From a bacterium (GTDB lineage: Bacteria > Omnitrophota > Gorgyraeia > Aquiviventales > Aquiviventaceae), in assembly GCA_036396895.1 (NCBI GenBank), contig DASWKB010000038.1, forward strand, positions 13,145-77,144: a stretch of DNA of 64,000 bases. The letters are read 5' to 3'. The notes beneath the pieces were generated by a model that searched no databases, had not been told where the DNA came from, and was given only the letters and a program-made list of their open reading frames with translations. Each line of letters starts with the position of its first letter. Positions within the stretch are counted from its first letter, which is position 1. A program made the position numbers and the translations under genes. Positions 8,189 through 18,709 of the stretch are shown piece by piece.

Positions 8189-10503
8189 CTACTGCGCCAT
8201 GCGGATGCGATCCGCCCGCCGCTCCAGGTGCTCCGCTTTACCGACCTTTCCCGCTTTCCGCAACACGTCGGCGTAATTGTCCAGCAGGAACGCCACCTCG
8301 GGATGCGTCGGGCCGACCAGCTGTTCGTAGATATCGAGCGCGCGCTGGAAGAGCGCTTCCACCGTCGCCAATTCGCTTCCGCCGGTCTGGCGCGACAGCC
8401 CTTGCTGGCGCAAGGATTTGGCCGCCAGCTCCAGGATCTGATGATAGCGCTTGTATCTGGGGTCCTGGTTCGCGGGGCCGTCCCCGAGCTCGATCGGCGC
8501 CGCAAGCTGCACGGAGATCTCCCCGTCCGCCTCGGGCCCTCCGCCGGCCAGTGCCTGCTCCATGATGGCCAGCGCCCGCTGGAACATCCGCTCTGCCGCG
8601 TCCCGGTCGCCGCGCTGTTCGGTCACCCGGGCCAGGCGGCCCAGGATCCGGCCGACCTGGAGGTGCTCCGGTCCGCCGGACTGCTCGGCCACGTCGAGCG
8701 CGCGCGCGTACGCCTCTGAGGCTTCCTGGAGCCGCCCTTCGCCGCCGCGCAAGTCGCCGAGCTCGGTCAGGACGCGGGCGACTTCGGTATGCCGGTCGCC
8801 GAACTGGCGCTTCGTCAGGCGAAGCGCTTCCTCGAGCATCGCCCCCGCAGCCTCGATGTCGCCGCGCTCTCGCCGAACGGCCGCAAGCAGGCCGAGCAGC
8901 CGGGCGTCCTGCGCCTCGTCCCGGCGCGCGAGCGCGCGGTGTTCCCCGAGCAGGCGTTCTGCGCGCTCGATGAGCGGCGCCGCGGCCTCCAGCTCGCCGC
9001 GCGCCCGCTTGATCTCGGCCAGCTGGAGCAGCGCGCCCGCCAGCTGCGGCGCGCCCGAGGGTGCGGATGCCTGGAGAATGTCGGCCGCGCGCTGCCCGGC
9101 CGCCTCGGCTTCCTCGAACCGCTCCTGCGCGGCGTAGAGACTTGCCAGCTCGTTCAAGGGGCCGGCGGCGTCGGGATGCTCCGCGCCGAGGCGTCGCTCC
9201 ACGCCGAGCAGCGCCCGGCGCAGATGGGCTTCCGCCTCTCTCCCCCGTCCCTGCAGACGGAGCGCCGAGCCCCAGGCGCTCCTGGCCCGCACCGTCTCCG
9301 CATGGTCAGGTCCGAGGCGCTCCTCGGCGGTCGCGGTCGCCTGCGCCGCCAGCGTCTCTGCCGAGAGCAGATCGCCCCGCGCGGCCGCCAGCTCCGCGAG
9401 CGCGCGCAACGCGCCGGCGACCCTGGGATGGTCCGGGCCGTAGCGCTTCGCCGCGAGTTCCCGCGCCCGCTCCAACGCCTCGTGCGCCTGATCGAACTCC
9501 CCCCGCGCGGCCGCGAGATCCGCCCTGACGCGCAGCAGCGCGTCCTCGGACGGATGGCCCTCCGGCAGCCGCCGGCGGGCGCGCTCAAGCGCCTCCTCCG
9601 CGTCGGCGTACCGGCCCTCGGCGAGCGCCACGCGGCTGATCCCGAGCCAGACGTCCGCCATCAGCGGATGCTCGGCGCTCCAGACACGCTCGATGATCTC
9701 GCGGCTCTGAGACAGGAACGCCCGCGCCGAGGCGAGGTCGGACTCCTCGAGCGCAAGCGACGCGGAAGCCACCAGAGACTCCGCCATCCTGGGATGCGTC
9801 GGTCCCCAGCGCTCCTCGATGAGCGCGCGCGCCTCGCGCAGCGCCTCCCGGGCCTGCGGATACGCGCCGGCGCGCGCCTGCCGCTCGCCCTCGAGCAGCA
9901 GGATGTGCGCCGCCGGAGCCGATCCGCCTGAGCTGGCGCGGTCTGTCAGCGCCAGCGCCCGCGCGAGCAGCTCACCGGCCGCTCCGAAATCGGCCGTCGC
10001 CGTCGCGTTCGCCGCCAGGAGTCCAAGCGTGTGCGCCAGCTCCGGGGCGTCCGGGCCGAGTTCGCCCTCCGTGAGCTCGAGGCTGCGGGCCGCGAAGACG
10101 CGGGACGCCTCGAACGCTCCGAGGCGAAGATGGACCCCGGCGAGCCGGTCGAGAGCGGCGGACACCAGCGGATCGGATTGCGCGTGCCGGATGTGGCTCT
10201 GAATGGCGAGGACGCGGTAGGAGGTCCGCTCGGCTTCGGGCAGCCGTCCGGCGGCCAGTTGGAGGTCTCCGAGCACGGACAGGGCCGCCGCCACGGACGG
10301 CGCATCCGGACCAGCGGCGCGCTCCGCGCCAGCCACGGCGCGCGCCGCCGCGGTCTCGGCCTCCGCGTACCGGCCGGACTGCCGCAGCGCCCGCGCGCGC
10401 TCGAGCAGCTCCGCGGCCGGCTGAGCCCCCTCGGCGCACTCGGCCCGCGGCACGAACGACGCCACGAAGAGTCCCACGGCCAGGAGCAGCCGGGCGGTGT
10501 TCA
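8189..10503 (-). CDS. Tetratricopeptide-repeat (TPR_10/TPR_12-type) protein with an N-terminal signal peptide
   Basis: Long array of 42-aa repeats with the pattern ...LG..H...A..L..LA..Y...G.Y..AE.L. The likely start is the GTG at 10503 (VNTARLLLAVGLFVASFVPRAEC, a signal peptide). The ORF in the track is extended upstream. Confidence 0.65.
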
Positions 10504-11622
10504 CTCGGAACGGTGTCCCGGATGCGCGAGTTGCCGCAGCATCCACGCCACGACCGCAAGGCCCGCCGCGAACAAGACGAGAAACGCCGCCATGGGCCCC
10601 CACTGCGCCGAGACGCGCAGCTCCTCCGGCCGGAACACGTGCGCGAGTTCGATGGACTGCACCCATTGCCGGCTCACTGCGTTGGCGATCAACACGGCCG
10701 CCTGCGCCGCCGCCACGGGCCAGACGGCGACCGGACCGGCCGCCGCGCGTCGCATGAGCGCCCACACAAGGACCGGCAGCGCGGCGGACGCGGCCGAGGC
10801 CGCGAGCAGACCCGGCGTCCCGGCGATCGCGCCGGTCACGCGCGCCTCGAGCGTCCCGAACACGTACCAGGCGCCCATCGCGCCGAACCAGACCAGGCCC
10901 AGCCCGTGCAGCCGCGACGCGGCCCGCGCGGCCCAGCGCCGGTAGTCCTCGGACTCCCCGCGCGCCGCCGTCCGGGTCTCCACCAGAATGTACACCGCGG
11001 TCGTCATGATCGCCAAGCCGAACATCATCAGCCACCTGGGGAACAGCGTGGGATCCGCCAGGTTCAATCCCGTCCCGGTGACCGCGCCGGCGACGCTCGT
11101 CCGCTCATACAGCGCCAGCATCCTCGCCGGGTCGGCCATCAGGCTGAAGGCGTTCGAAAACACGAATCCGATCGCCAGGAACAGGCCGGCGCTCACGACC
11201 CCGGCCGCGCGGCCCAGCGGCGAGACCCGCCCGCCCCGCACCTGGCCGGCGTAGACATACACCCCGTAATACGCCGCCAGGAGCATGGGAATGACCGAGA
11301 ACCAGAACCATCCCATCATGATGGTCGCGGGATAGAACACGGGATAGTACGCGACCTGGATGAACAGGAGCGGCACGATGCCGAAGTTGACGCCCAGCGC
11401 GATGAGGATCGGCATCGCGCTCGCGAGCCGCCGGCCCAGGCGCGCCGCGTGCGCGTGCCGGGTGAACGCGCACACCGCGACGAGCACCATCCCGGCGTAC
11501 CAGACGTGCATCGGCACCATGTGGAGCACGAAGCCGAGCAGCTTGAAGCCGGCCAGAACCCAGTAGGGCGCCGGGCTGCCCGCCGGCGTCCCCGCCGCCA
11601 GCGGAAACGTCTCGGGCGTCAT
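10501..11622 (-). CDS. Polytopic inner-membrane protein of unknown function (possible partner subunit of the upstream CydA-like protein)
   Basis: 373 aa, about 9 predicted hydrophobic helices. Its 4-nt overlap with the upstream gene suggests translational coupling. Confidence 0.45.
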   Translation of the reverse strand: MTPETFPLAAGTPAGSPAPYWVLAGFKLLGFVLHMVPMHVWYAGMVLVAVCAFTRHAHAARLGRRLASAMPILIALGVNFGIVPLLFIQVAYYPVFYPATIMMGWFWFSVIPMLLAAYYGVYVYAGQVRGGRVSPLGRAAGVVSAGLFLAIGFVFSNAFSLMADPARMLALYERTSVAGAVTGTGLNLADPTLFPRWLMMFGLAIMTTAVYILVETRTAARGESEDYRRWAARAASRLHGLGLVWFGAMGAWYVFGTLEARVTGAIAGTPGLLAASAASAALPVLVWALMRRAAAGPVAVWPVAAAQAAVLIANAVSRQWVQSIELAHVFRPEELRVSAQWGPMAAFLVLFAAGLAVVAWMLRQLAHPGHRSE

Positions 11623-13007
11623 GCGCCCCCTCCCCGCGACTCCGCCCCCGGCAGGACCGGATGCGGCGACGCCAGCGTCTCCAGGTAGCGGCGCAGCGCC
11701 AGAGCCTCCTCCGGCCTCCCCGACCAGGGCGGCATGAAGAAATGATACCGGTCCAGATTCACGATGAGATGGTCCAGCATCCCGGGCGTCCAGCCGGGCA
11801 GCATTTCGCGCATGCCCGAATAGCCGCTCGCGGCGTGGCAGGAGCCGCAGTGGTGCATGAACACCGTCCGGCCGATGAGGCGCTGATCGGCCTCCGTCAG
11901 CGACGGGATGCGCGACTCATCGAGGCCGCCGCCGGAGACCAGCTGGGGCAGCCGCCCCGCAACGTACCGGCGCGTCCACACCCCCCCGTCGAGAAACCCG
12001 TCCCGCTTGAGGCGCGGCACCTCCGAGACGTAGATGTTGTGGCTGTACACCTCGCCGTAGATGACGAACGGCTTCCGGGCGGCCTCCCGCACGAATTCGG
12101 CCTGCCCGGTGACGATATAGCCGATGAGGAGCAGGAGCACGGCGAAGCCCGGGCTCACCCACTCGGGATGCCGGTAGGGGCCGAAGTAGAACATGAAGAA
12201 CACGACCACGCTGAGCGCGAAGATCAGCGCGATCATGAGGTTCATCGCCGCGGCGCCGATGAGCGTCGCCTTCGCGCTCGCCGGCAGCGCCGCGTGCCAC
12301 CAGAGGCCTCCCAGGGTGATGAGCACCGCCCCGGCCATCGCCGGCCGGGCCGAGCGGCGGGCGATCATCGCCCGCAGACCGGCCGGACCGTTCCAGAATG
12401 ACGAATGGACATAGACATACAGCGTCGCCAACAGCAGCGAGGCGCCGGTGCGGGCGACGATCTGCGGCAGGGTCTGAGGGTTCGCCCAGCCCCGCCAGAA
12501 GTCGCCCTGCCAGTCGCCGGGGTTGAGCATGAACGCGGTGATGCCGGTGATGATCACGAGGCTCATCCAGGCCGAGCCGGCGTAGATCCAGGCCATCGCC
12601 TGGTGCGCGCGCGGGGTGAGCCGGTCCCACGCGTAGTAGAAGATGAAGGCCGAGACGATCTCGATGAGGAAGAAGACGTACTCCATCGCCCAGCCGAACA
12701 CGAAGAGGTGGATGAGCATCTGGGTGGGGAGCGGAGAGGCGAGCCCGATGGTCCACCAGATGCCCACGCCCGTGATCGCCCCGTAGACGACGGTGAGCAG
12801 GATGAAGAACCACGCGTGCCGCCGGAGGTACGCCAGGTAGGCCGCGTTGCCGGTCCGGTAGGCGTGCCGGGTCTCCACCGCGAGGAACAACCCGCCGCCC
12901 ACCGCGTAGAGCGCGACGTAGATGTGGAGCACCGCGACGGCCGCGATGAGCATGGGGGCGGTCAGGCCGGGCACGTACCAGAACGGGTAATGCATGGCTG
13001 CGCTCAC
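11619..13007 (-). CDS. Cytochrome bd-type oxidase subunit I (CydA)-like membrane protein with a C-terminal monoheme cytochrome c domain
   Basis: The N-terminal ~330 aa has CydA-like helices (…FIFYYAWDRL… compares with the CydA FFFGWDRL region; EAARKPFVIYG compares with EAGRQPW). The C-terminal soluble domain contains MHHCGSCHAASGY, a CxxCH heme c site. Confidence 0.55.
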   Translation of the reverse strand: MSAAMHYPFWYVPGLTAPMLIAAVAVLHIYVALYAVGGGLFLAVETRHAYRTGNAAYLAYLRRHAWFFILLTVVYGAITGVGIWWTIGLASPLPTQMLIHLFVFGWAMEYVFFLIEIVSAFIFYYAWDRLTPRAHQAMAWIYAGSAWMSLVIITGITAFMLNPGDWQGDFWRGWANPQTLPQIVARTGASLLLATLYVYVHSSFWNGPAGLRAMIARRSARPAMAGAVLITLGGLWWHAALPASAKATLIGAAAMNLMIALIFALSVVVFFMFYFGPYRHPEWVSPGFAVLLLLIGYIVTGQAEFVREAARKPFVIYGEVYSHNIYVSEVPRLKRDGFLDGGVWTRRYVAGRLPQLVSGGGLDESRIPSLTEADQRLIGRTVFMHHCGSCHAASGYSGMREMLPGWTPGMLDHLIVNLDRYHFFMPPWSGRPEEALALRRYLETLASPHPVLPGAESRGGGA

Positions 13008-13026
13008 TCCTTGATCGTCTAGCGTA

Positions 13027-13701
13027 TCACCGGACCCAGCGGCCCGCCAGATGGCCGATGCCGTAGCCTGCGACCGCCGCGAGGCCCGCGATCCCGAGCA
13101 TTTCGAGCCCGCTCATCCACCAGCGCGTCTTCACCATCCGCCCCTTGAACGCGCCGAAGAGGAAGAGCGCCGCCGCCGTGGCCAGCACGGACACGAGCAT
13201 GGCCTCCCGCACCGTCCAGATGAGATACGGCGCCGCCGGCACGCATCCGCCGATCACGTAGGCTGTGCCCATCGTGAACGCGTTGCTCGCCGGCCGCTCG
13301 AGCGCCTCCGGGTAGATCCCGAGCTCCTTGTGCGCCATGTCCTCAAGGAGCAGGCGCTTGTCCGACAGGAGCCGCCGGGCGATGACGGCGATTTCCTCTT
13401 CCGTCCAGCCGCGGGCGCGGTACATCGCCACGAGCTCCCGCCGCTCGCCGGCCGGGTCGCGCTCGATCGCCTCTTCCTCCTCGCGGAGCAGCCGCGCCAG
13501 GTATTCGCGCTGCGCTTTGGAGGACAGGTAGGACCCGGCGGCCATCGAGAGCGATTCGACGACGATGATGACGCATCCCGCGATGATGACCGCGGCGGCG
13601 TCGCGGGTGCCCTCCGCGATGCCGGTCAGCGCGCCCAGCGTCGACACCAGACCGTCCTGGACGCCGAAGACCATCTCGCGCAGCCGCGCGCGGGCGCGCA
13701 T
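13027..13701 (-). CDS. VIT1/CCC1 family iron/manganese transporter
   Basis: The N-terminus REMVFGVQDGLVSTLGALTGIA is typical of the VIT family, and TM helices are present at both ends. The start is probably the internal Met (MRARARLREM…). Confidence 0.65.
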   Translation of the reverse strand: MRARARLREMVFGVQDGLVSTLGALTGIAEGTRDAAAVIIAGCVIIVVESLSMAAGSYLSSKAQREYLARLLREEEEAIERDPAGERRELVAMYRARGWTEEEIAVIARRLLSDKRLLLEDMAHKELGIYPEALERPASNAFTMGTAYVIGGCVPAAPYLIWTVREAMLVSVLATAAALFLFGAFKGRMVKTRWWMSGLEMLGIAGLAAVAGYGIGHLAGRWVR

Positions 13702-13835
13702 GTCGGGCGCGCCGCGGCGCCTCGCGGCGACGCTTCGCCCGGACGGCGGGGCGGGCGCGCCGGGAAGCGCATGATGCTCCCCCGGCGACGCCTCGCCCCG
13801 AGGAGCGGGCGGCGCGGGCAGCGCCCCGTCCGGGC

Positions 13836-14120
13836 TCATGCGGAAGAACTCCGGCGCATCATGAGGTAATAGAGCACGGGAATCGCGGTGCGGGAGAGCA
13901 GCGTCGAGGCGACTTCGCCCGCCATGAGCGCGATCGCCAGCCCCTGGAAGATGGGATCGAACAGGACGCCCGCGCCGCCGCCCAGGAGGAGCGACGCAGC
14001 CACCATGACCAAGGCTCCCGCGCGCGCGCTCATCGACACGTCCGGTTGGCGAGCACGATCCCGGAAGATCTTCTGCAGATTGCGCACGCTCATGAGGCCC
14101 ATCCGGTCAGTCCCGGCCAT
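13836..14120 (-). pseudogene. Possible remnant of an RND efflux pump: C-terminal ~90 aa only
   Basis: 94-aa ORF. …[30 protein letters not shown] resembles the last TM helix and C-terminus of RND (AcrB/CzcA) transporters. No RND body is present upstream. Confidence 0.3.
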
Positions 14121-14168
14121 TCCCGCAGCCGGACCATCGGGCGCCCATCCGCGGAGGCGAACGCCGGG

Positions 14169-16160
14169 TCAGAGCCGGCCGCGCACGAGCTGCTGCGCGA
14201 CCGCCGGGTCGGCGAGCGTCGTCGTGTCGCCCAGGTTGTCCACTTCACCGGCCGCCACTTTCCGGAGGATGCGCCGCATGATCTTGCCGGAGCGGGTCTT
14301 CGGCAGCGCGTCGGTGAACTGGATCTTCTCCGGCGTCGCGATGGGACCGATCACCGCACGCACGTGCGACATGAGCTTCTTGCGCAGCTCATCCGTGGGC
14401 TCGACGCCCTGCTTCAAGGTGACGTAGCAGTAGAGGCCCTGCCCCTTCACCTCATGCGGAAACCCGACCACCGCCGCTTCCGCGACCGTTTGGTGCGCCA
14501 CCAGGGCGCTCTCGACCTCCGCCGTGCCGAGCCGGTGCCCCGAGATGTTGATGACGTCATCGATGCGGCCCATCAGCCAGTAGAAGCCGTCCGCGTCGAC
14601 CCGGCAGCCGTCCCCGGTGAAGTACTTGCCCGGGAACATAGAGAAGTACACGTCCTTGATCCGCGTGTGCGCCGGATCGCCGTAGACGCCGCGGAGCATG
14701 CCGGGCCAGGGCTGCGTGATCACGAGCGAGCCGCCTTCGTTGACGGCGGCTTCCGTGCCGTCCTGCCGGAGCACCTGCGGGACCACGCCGAAAAACGGCT
14801 TTGTCGCGGATCCCGGCTTGGTCCCCAGCGCGCCCGGCAGCGGCGTGATCAGAATGCCCCCGGTCTCCGTCTGCCACCAGGTGTCCACGATCGGGCAGCG
14901 CGCCTTCCCGATGACCCGGTGGTACCACATCCACGCTTCCGGGTTGATCGGCTCGCCGACCGACCCCAGGATGCGCAGGCTGGAGAGGTCGTGTTTATTC
15001 GGCCACTCCTCCCCGAGCCGCATCAGGGCGCGGATCGCCGTCGGCGCCGTGTAGAACACCGTCACTTTATACTCCTCGACGATCTGCCAGAACCGGTCGG
15101 GCTCGGGGAACGTCGGAATGCCCTCGAACATGATCGCCGTCGCGCCGTTGGAGAGCGGCCCGTAGACGATGTAGGAGTGCCCCGTCACCCATCCGATGTC
15201 CGCCGTGCACCAGAACAGATCGTCATCGTGCACGTCGAAGATATACTTGAAGGTGACATGGACGAAGAGCAGGTAGCCCGCCGTCGTGTGGAGCACGCCC
15301 TTGGGCTTGCCGGTTGAGCCGCTCGTGTAGAGGATGAACAGCGGCGACTCCGCGTCCATCGGCTCAGGCGGGCACGGCCGGGCGGCCTCCGGACGCGCCA
15401 TCTCCTCATGCCACCAGAGGTCGCGGCCGGCCGTCATGGCGCAGCTGCCGTCGCCCCGGCGGTATACGATCACGGTCTTCACGCTCGGGCAATCCGCGAG
15501 CGCCTCGTCCGCCTTCGCCTTCATGCCGAGGGATTTGCCCCCGTGCACCGCCGCATCCGTCGTCACCAGGAGCCGCGAGTTGCAGTCCTGCAGCCGGTCC
15601 CGCAGGGCGCTGGGGCTGAACGCCGAGAACACGACCGAATGGATGGCGCCGATTCTCGTGCAGGAGAGCATCGCGACCGCCAGCTCCGGGATCATCGGCA
15701 TGAAGAGGGTCACCCGGTCCCCGCGCGTCACGCCGTGCGCCTTCAGGACGTTCGCGAACCGGCACACCTCGGCGTGCAGCTCTTCATACGTCAGGGTCCG
15801 CTTGTCCTTCGAGGATTCCCCCTGCCAGATGATGGCGGGCTTGGTCTTACGCGGCCCATCGAGATGACGGTCGAGGCAGTTGGCGCTCACGTTCAGCTGC
15901 GCGCCGTGGAAATACTCCACGTAGGGATGCTCGGTCTCGCCGATCGTGGACCAGTCGGAGCGTACGACCGCGTCCCAGCGCGTCATCCAGCTCAGGTGCT
16001 CCTCGGCCATCCGGCCCCAGAACGCCTCGGGCGACCGCACCGACTCTTCGTACATCATCCGGTATTCCTCTTCGCCCTTGATGAACGCGCCTTCCCGGAC
16101 TTTCGCGGGAGGATCGAAGCGCCGCTCCTCCTGCAGCAACGACGAAATATCTTGCGCCAT
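14169..16160 (-). CDS. acs: Acetyl-CoA synthetase (AMP-forming)
   Basis: About 660 aa from [18 protein letters not shown]. Carries the AMP-binding signature [12 protein letters not shown] and Acs-specific N- and C-terminal regions. Confidence 0.9.
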   Translation of the reverse strand: MAQDISSLLQEERRFDPPAKVREGAFIKGEEEYRMMYEESVRSPEAFWGRMAEEHLSWMTRWDAVVRSDWSTIGETEHPYVEYFHGAQLNVSANCLDRHLDGPRKTKPAIIWQGESSKDKRTLTYEELHAEVCRFANVLKAHGVTRGDRVTLFMPMIPELAVAMLSCTRIGAIHSVVFSAFSPSALRDRLQDCNSRLLVTTDAAVHGGKSLGMKAKADEALADCPSVKTVIVYRRGDGSCAMTAGRDLWWHEEMARPEAARPCPPEPMDAESPLFILYTSGSTGKPKGVLHTTAGYLLFVHVTFKYIFDVHDDDLFWCTADIGWVTGHSYIVYGPLSNGATAIMFEGIPTFPEPDRFWQIVEEYKVTVFYTAPTAIRALMRLGEEWPNKHDLSSLRILGSVGEPINPEAWMWYHRVIGKARCPIVDTWWQTETGGILITPLPGALGTKPGSATKPFFGVVPQVLRQDGTEAAVNEGGSLVITQPWPGMLRGVYGDPAHTRIKDVYFSMFPGKYFTGDGCRVDADGFYWLMGRIDDVINISGHRLGTAEVESALVAHQTVAEAAVVGFPHEVKGQGLYCYVTLKQGVEPTDELRKKLMSHVRAVIGPIATPEKIQFTDALPKTRSGKIMRRILRKVAAGEVDNLGDTTTLADPAVAQQLVRGRL

Positions 16161-16187
16161 CGCATCCTCCTTCTCAGTATTCGCGAG

Positions 16188-16274
16188 AAGCTGGAGGTTG
16201 GAGGCTAGAAGCTCGAACATTCCAGCTTCCAGCATCCAGCTTCCAGCATCCAGCATCCAGCTTCCAGCTTCCGA
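16188..16274. repeat. Heptamer-array hairpin element, GCTGGAR family, copy 2 (includes a 7x CCAGCWT tandem array)
   Basis: gctggaggttggaggctagaagctcgaacattccagcttccagcatccagcttccagcatccagcatccagcttccagcttcc, between hypE and acs. Confidence 0.65.
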
Positions 16275-16302
16275 CCAGTGCCCTTGACCCGCGTGATGCG
16301 GT

Positions 16303-17355
16303 CTAGCAGATACGGGGCAGCTGCTCGCCGCTCAGCATATCAAGAATCCGGGAGGATCCGATGGCGCTTTTCAGCGAGACAAGGCCGGGGGTGTCGCCCG
16401 CCACCCGTCCGATTTCGACCGCCTGCTGCCCCAGCGGGTGCGCCCGCATCAGGGCCGCCGCCCGGGGAGCGTCCTGGGGCGCCACGAACGCGACGAACCG
16501 CCCTTCGTTGGCGACGTACAGCGGGTCGAGACCCAGCATCTCGCAGGCGCCGCGCACCTCCTCGCGAACCGGCACGGCCGCCTCATCGACCGCAAGCGGC
16601 ACCCGCGCGCTCTGGGCAAGCTCCACCAGCGCGCTCGCGAGACCGCCGCGGGTGAGATCCCGCAGGCAGTGCACCTCGATCCCGGCCTCCACCAGCGCCG
16701 CGACGAGGCCGGCGAGCGGAGCCGAATCGCTCTCGATCGCGCTCTCGAACTCGAGCCCCTCGCGGACCGCCATGATCGCGATGCCGTGCCGGCCGATGTC
16801 TCCGCTCAGCAGCACCACGTCCCCCGGCCGGATGCGGTCGGGACCGATGACCACGCCGGGCGGCACAAGACCGAGCCCCGCGGTATTGAGGTAGATCCCG
16901 TCGCCTTTGCCCCGGTCCACGACCTTGGTGTCGCCGGTCACGATGTCGACTCCGGCCGAGGCGGACGCCTCCCGCATGGAGCGCACGACTTCCCACAAGG
17001 ACGCCATCGGAAACCCCTCTTCCAGAATGAAGCCCACGGTGAGCGCGACGGGCTTCGCCCCGCACATCGCCAGGTCGTTGACCGTGCCGTGCACCGCGAG
17101 CGAGCCGATGTCACCGCCGGGAAATTTCCAGGGCCGCACGACATAGGAATCCGTCGTCAGCGCCACCCGCGTCCCGTTCACGCCGAGGACGGCGCCGTCG
17201 TGCAGCCGCTCCGGGCTGCCGCCGAAGGCGGGTACGAACACCCGCTCGATCAGCTGGCGCATCAGCTTGCCTCCACCCCCGTGCGCGAGCAGAATCTGCG
17301 GCGTCTCCGTGATCGGCAGCGGACACGCAAGCGACAGCGGGGGGCGCTCGCTCAT
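16303..17355 (-). CDS. hypE: Hydrogenase maturation protein HypE (carbamoyl dehydratase)
   Basis: From [15 protein letters not shown]…; has AIR-synthase-like domains and the HypE C-terminus …PRIC. The ORF in the track has a spurious Arg-rich N-terminal extension. Confidence 0.9.
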   Translation of the reverse strand: MSERPPLSLACPLPITETPQILLAHGGGGKLMRQLIERVFVPAFGGSPERLHDGAVLGVNGTRVALTTDSYVVRPWKFPGGDIGSLAVHGTVNDLAMCGAKPVALTVGFILEEGFPMASLWEVVRSMREASASAGVDIVTGDTKVVDRGKGDGIYLNTAGLGLVPPGVVIGPDRIRPGDVVLLSGDIGRHGIAIMAVREGLEFESAIESDSAPLAGLVAALVEAGIEVHCLRDLTRGGLASALVELAQSARVPLAVDEAAVPVREEVRGACEMLGLDPLYVANEGRFVAFVAPQDAPRAAALMRAHPLGQQAVEIGRVAGDTPGLVSLKSAIGSSRILDMLSGEQLPRIC

Positions 17356-18458
17356 CGCGCCTCCACCTTCGCCGCGACCCCCCGGTAGCGGTAATAGGCG
17401 GCGCAGGCCCCCTCGGATGAGACCATCGTCGCGCCCATCGGGCGCTCGGGCGTGCAGCGGGTGCCGAACGCGGGGCACTCCGTCGGCTTCTTCACGCCCT
17501 GCAGCACGAGCCCGCTCTCGCACTCGGCGGGCTCCTCCGTATGGCGGTCCGCTACGCCGAAGCGGCGCTCGGCGTCGTGCGCGTCGTACGGCGGCCGCAA
17601 GCCCAGGCCGCTTGCGGGGATGCTCCCGACGCCGCGCCACTTGCGGTCGACGACCGTGAAGACCTCCCGGATCAGCGCCTGCGCCGGACGGTTGCCCGCG
17701 CGCCGGACCGCGCGCGCATACTGGTTCTCGACCTCGGCGCGGCCCTCCTCGAGCTGGCGGACGCACAGGTACACGCCCTGGAGGATGTCGAGCGGCTCGA
17801 AGCCCGTCACGACGATCGGCACGCGGTAGCGCGCGGCCAGCGGGCCGTATTCGGCGGTGCCCATGATCGTGCAGACGTGTCCCGCGGCCAGGAATCCCTG
17901 CACCCGGTTCATGGGCGAGCTCAGGATCGCTTCCATGGCGGGCGGGACGAGCACGTGCGAGACGAGCAGAAAGAAATTCTGGAGGGTCGCCCGGTGCGCC
18001 TGATACACGGCCATGGCGGTGGCGGGCGCGGTCGTTTCGAACCCGACGGCGAAGAAGACGACCTCGCGGTCGGGATGCGCGGCCGCGAGCGCGACGGCGT
18101 CCATCGGCGAATAGACGACCCGGACGTCGCCGCCGCGCGCCTTCACGGCGAAGAGGTCCTCGCGGCTGCCGGGCACGCGCAGCATGTCTCCGAAGGAGCA
18201 GAAGATGACGCCCGGCGCCGCGGCGATCGCGAGCGCTTTGTCGATGAGCTCAAGGGGCGTCACGCACACGGGACAGCCGGGCCCGTGGATCAGCGTGAGC
18301 TCGGGCGGCAGGAGCTCGTCGATGCCGAACTTCACGATGGCGTGCGTCTGCCCTCCGCAGATCTCCATGATCGTCCAGGGGCGCCTCGTGCGATTCGCGA
18401 TCAGCCGCGCGTAGCGGCGGGCGGCTTCGGCGTCGCGGTACTCATCGATGAATTTCAT
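17352..18458 (-). CDS. hypD: Hydrogenase maturation protein HypD
   Basis: 368 aa with MKFIDEYRD…, the GPGCPVCV motif and the CGG motif. ATGA overlap with hypE. Confidence 0.9.
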   Translation of the reverse strand: MKFIDEYRDAEAARRYARLIANRTRRPWTIMEICGGQTHAIVKFGIDELLPPELTLIHGPGCPVCVTPLELIDKALAIAAAPGVIFCSFGDMLRVPGSREDLFAVKARGGDVRVVYSPMDAVALAAAHPDREVVFFAVGFETTAPATAMAVYQAHRATLQNFFLLVSHVLVPPAMEAILSSPMNRVQGFLAAGHVCTIMGTAEYGPLAARYRVPIVVTGFEPLDILQGVYLCVRQLEEGRAEVENQYARAVRRAGNRPAQALIREVFTVVDRKWRGVGSIPASGLGLRPPYDAHDAERRFGVADRHTEEPAECESGLVLQGVKKPTECPAFGTRCTPERPMGATMVSSEGACAAYYRYRGVAAKVEAR

Positions 18459-18709
18459 GGCGGCGGCGCCTCAAGTTCCGCGAGCTCGCCCATGCGCCGC
18501 AGGTAGTCGAAGACGACGGTCGCTTCCTGCTCGTCGACTTTGCTGATCGCGAACCCGACGTGCACGATCACGTAGTCCCCCACCCCGGCCTCGGGGACAT
18601 AGGAGAGGTTGACGGGCTTGAGGACGCCGCCGAAGCTCACCTTTCCGGTCCGCGCGCCGGGCTCCTCCCGCTCGAGGCGCACGATTTGTCCGGGCACGCC
18701 GAGGCACAT
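18455..18709 (-). CDS. hypC: Hydrogenase maturation protein HypC
   Basis: [11 protein letters not shown]-terminus (the MCL(A/G)(I/V)P signature), about 84 aa. Confidence 0.85.
   Translation of the reverse strand: MCLGVPGQIVRLEREEPGARTGKVSFGGVLKPVNLSYVPEAGVGDYVIVHVGFAISKVDEQEATVVFDYLRRMGELAELEAPPP

Noticed and set aside
16222-16272. Possible CRISPR array or VNTR from tandem heptamers (CCAGCWT x7, GGAATKC, GGTAGAAG arrays)
   Set aside because: Units are 7-8 bp with no spacers and occur as inverted complementary arrays forming hairpins. They are not 28-37-bp repeats separated by unique spacers, and no cas genes are present.
16303-17766. N-terminal extensions of track ORFs (HypE 487 aa, HypF 942 aa upstream part, PckA, Acs, cytochromes and others)
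   Set aside because: The first in-frame Met of the track sits far upstream in low-complexity Arg-rich sequence. Family-typical N-termini are found at internal Met, GTG or TTG codons, so the upstream extensions are not coding.
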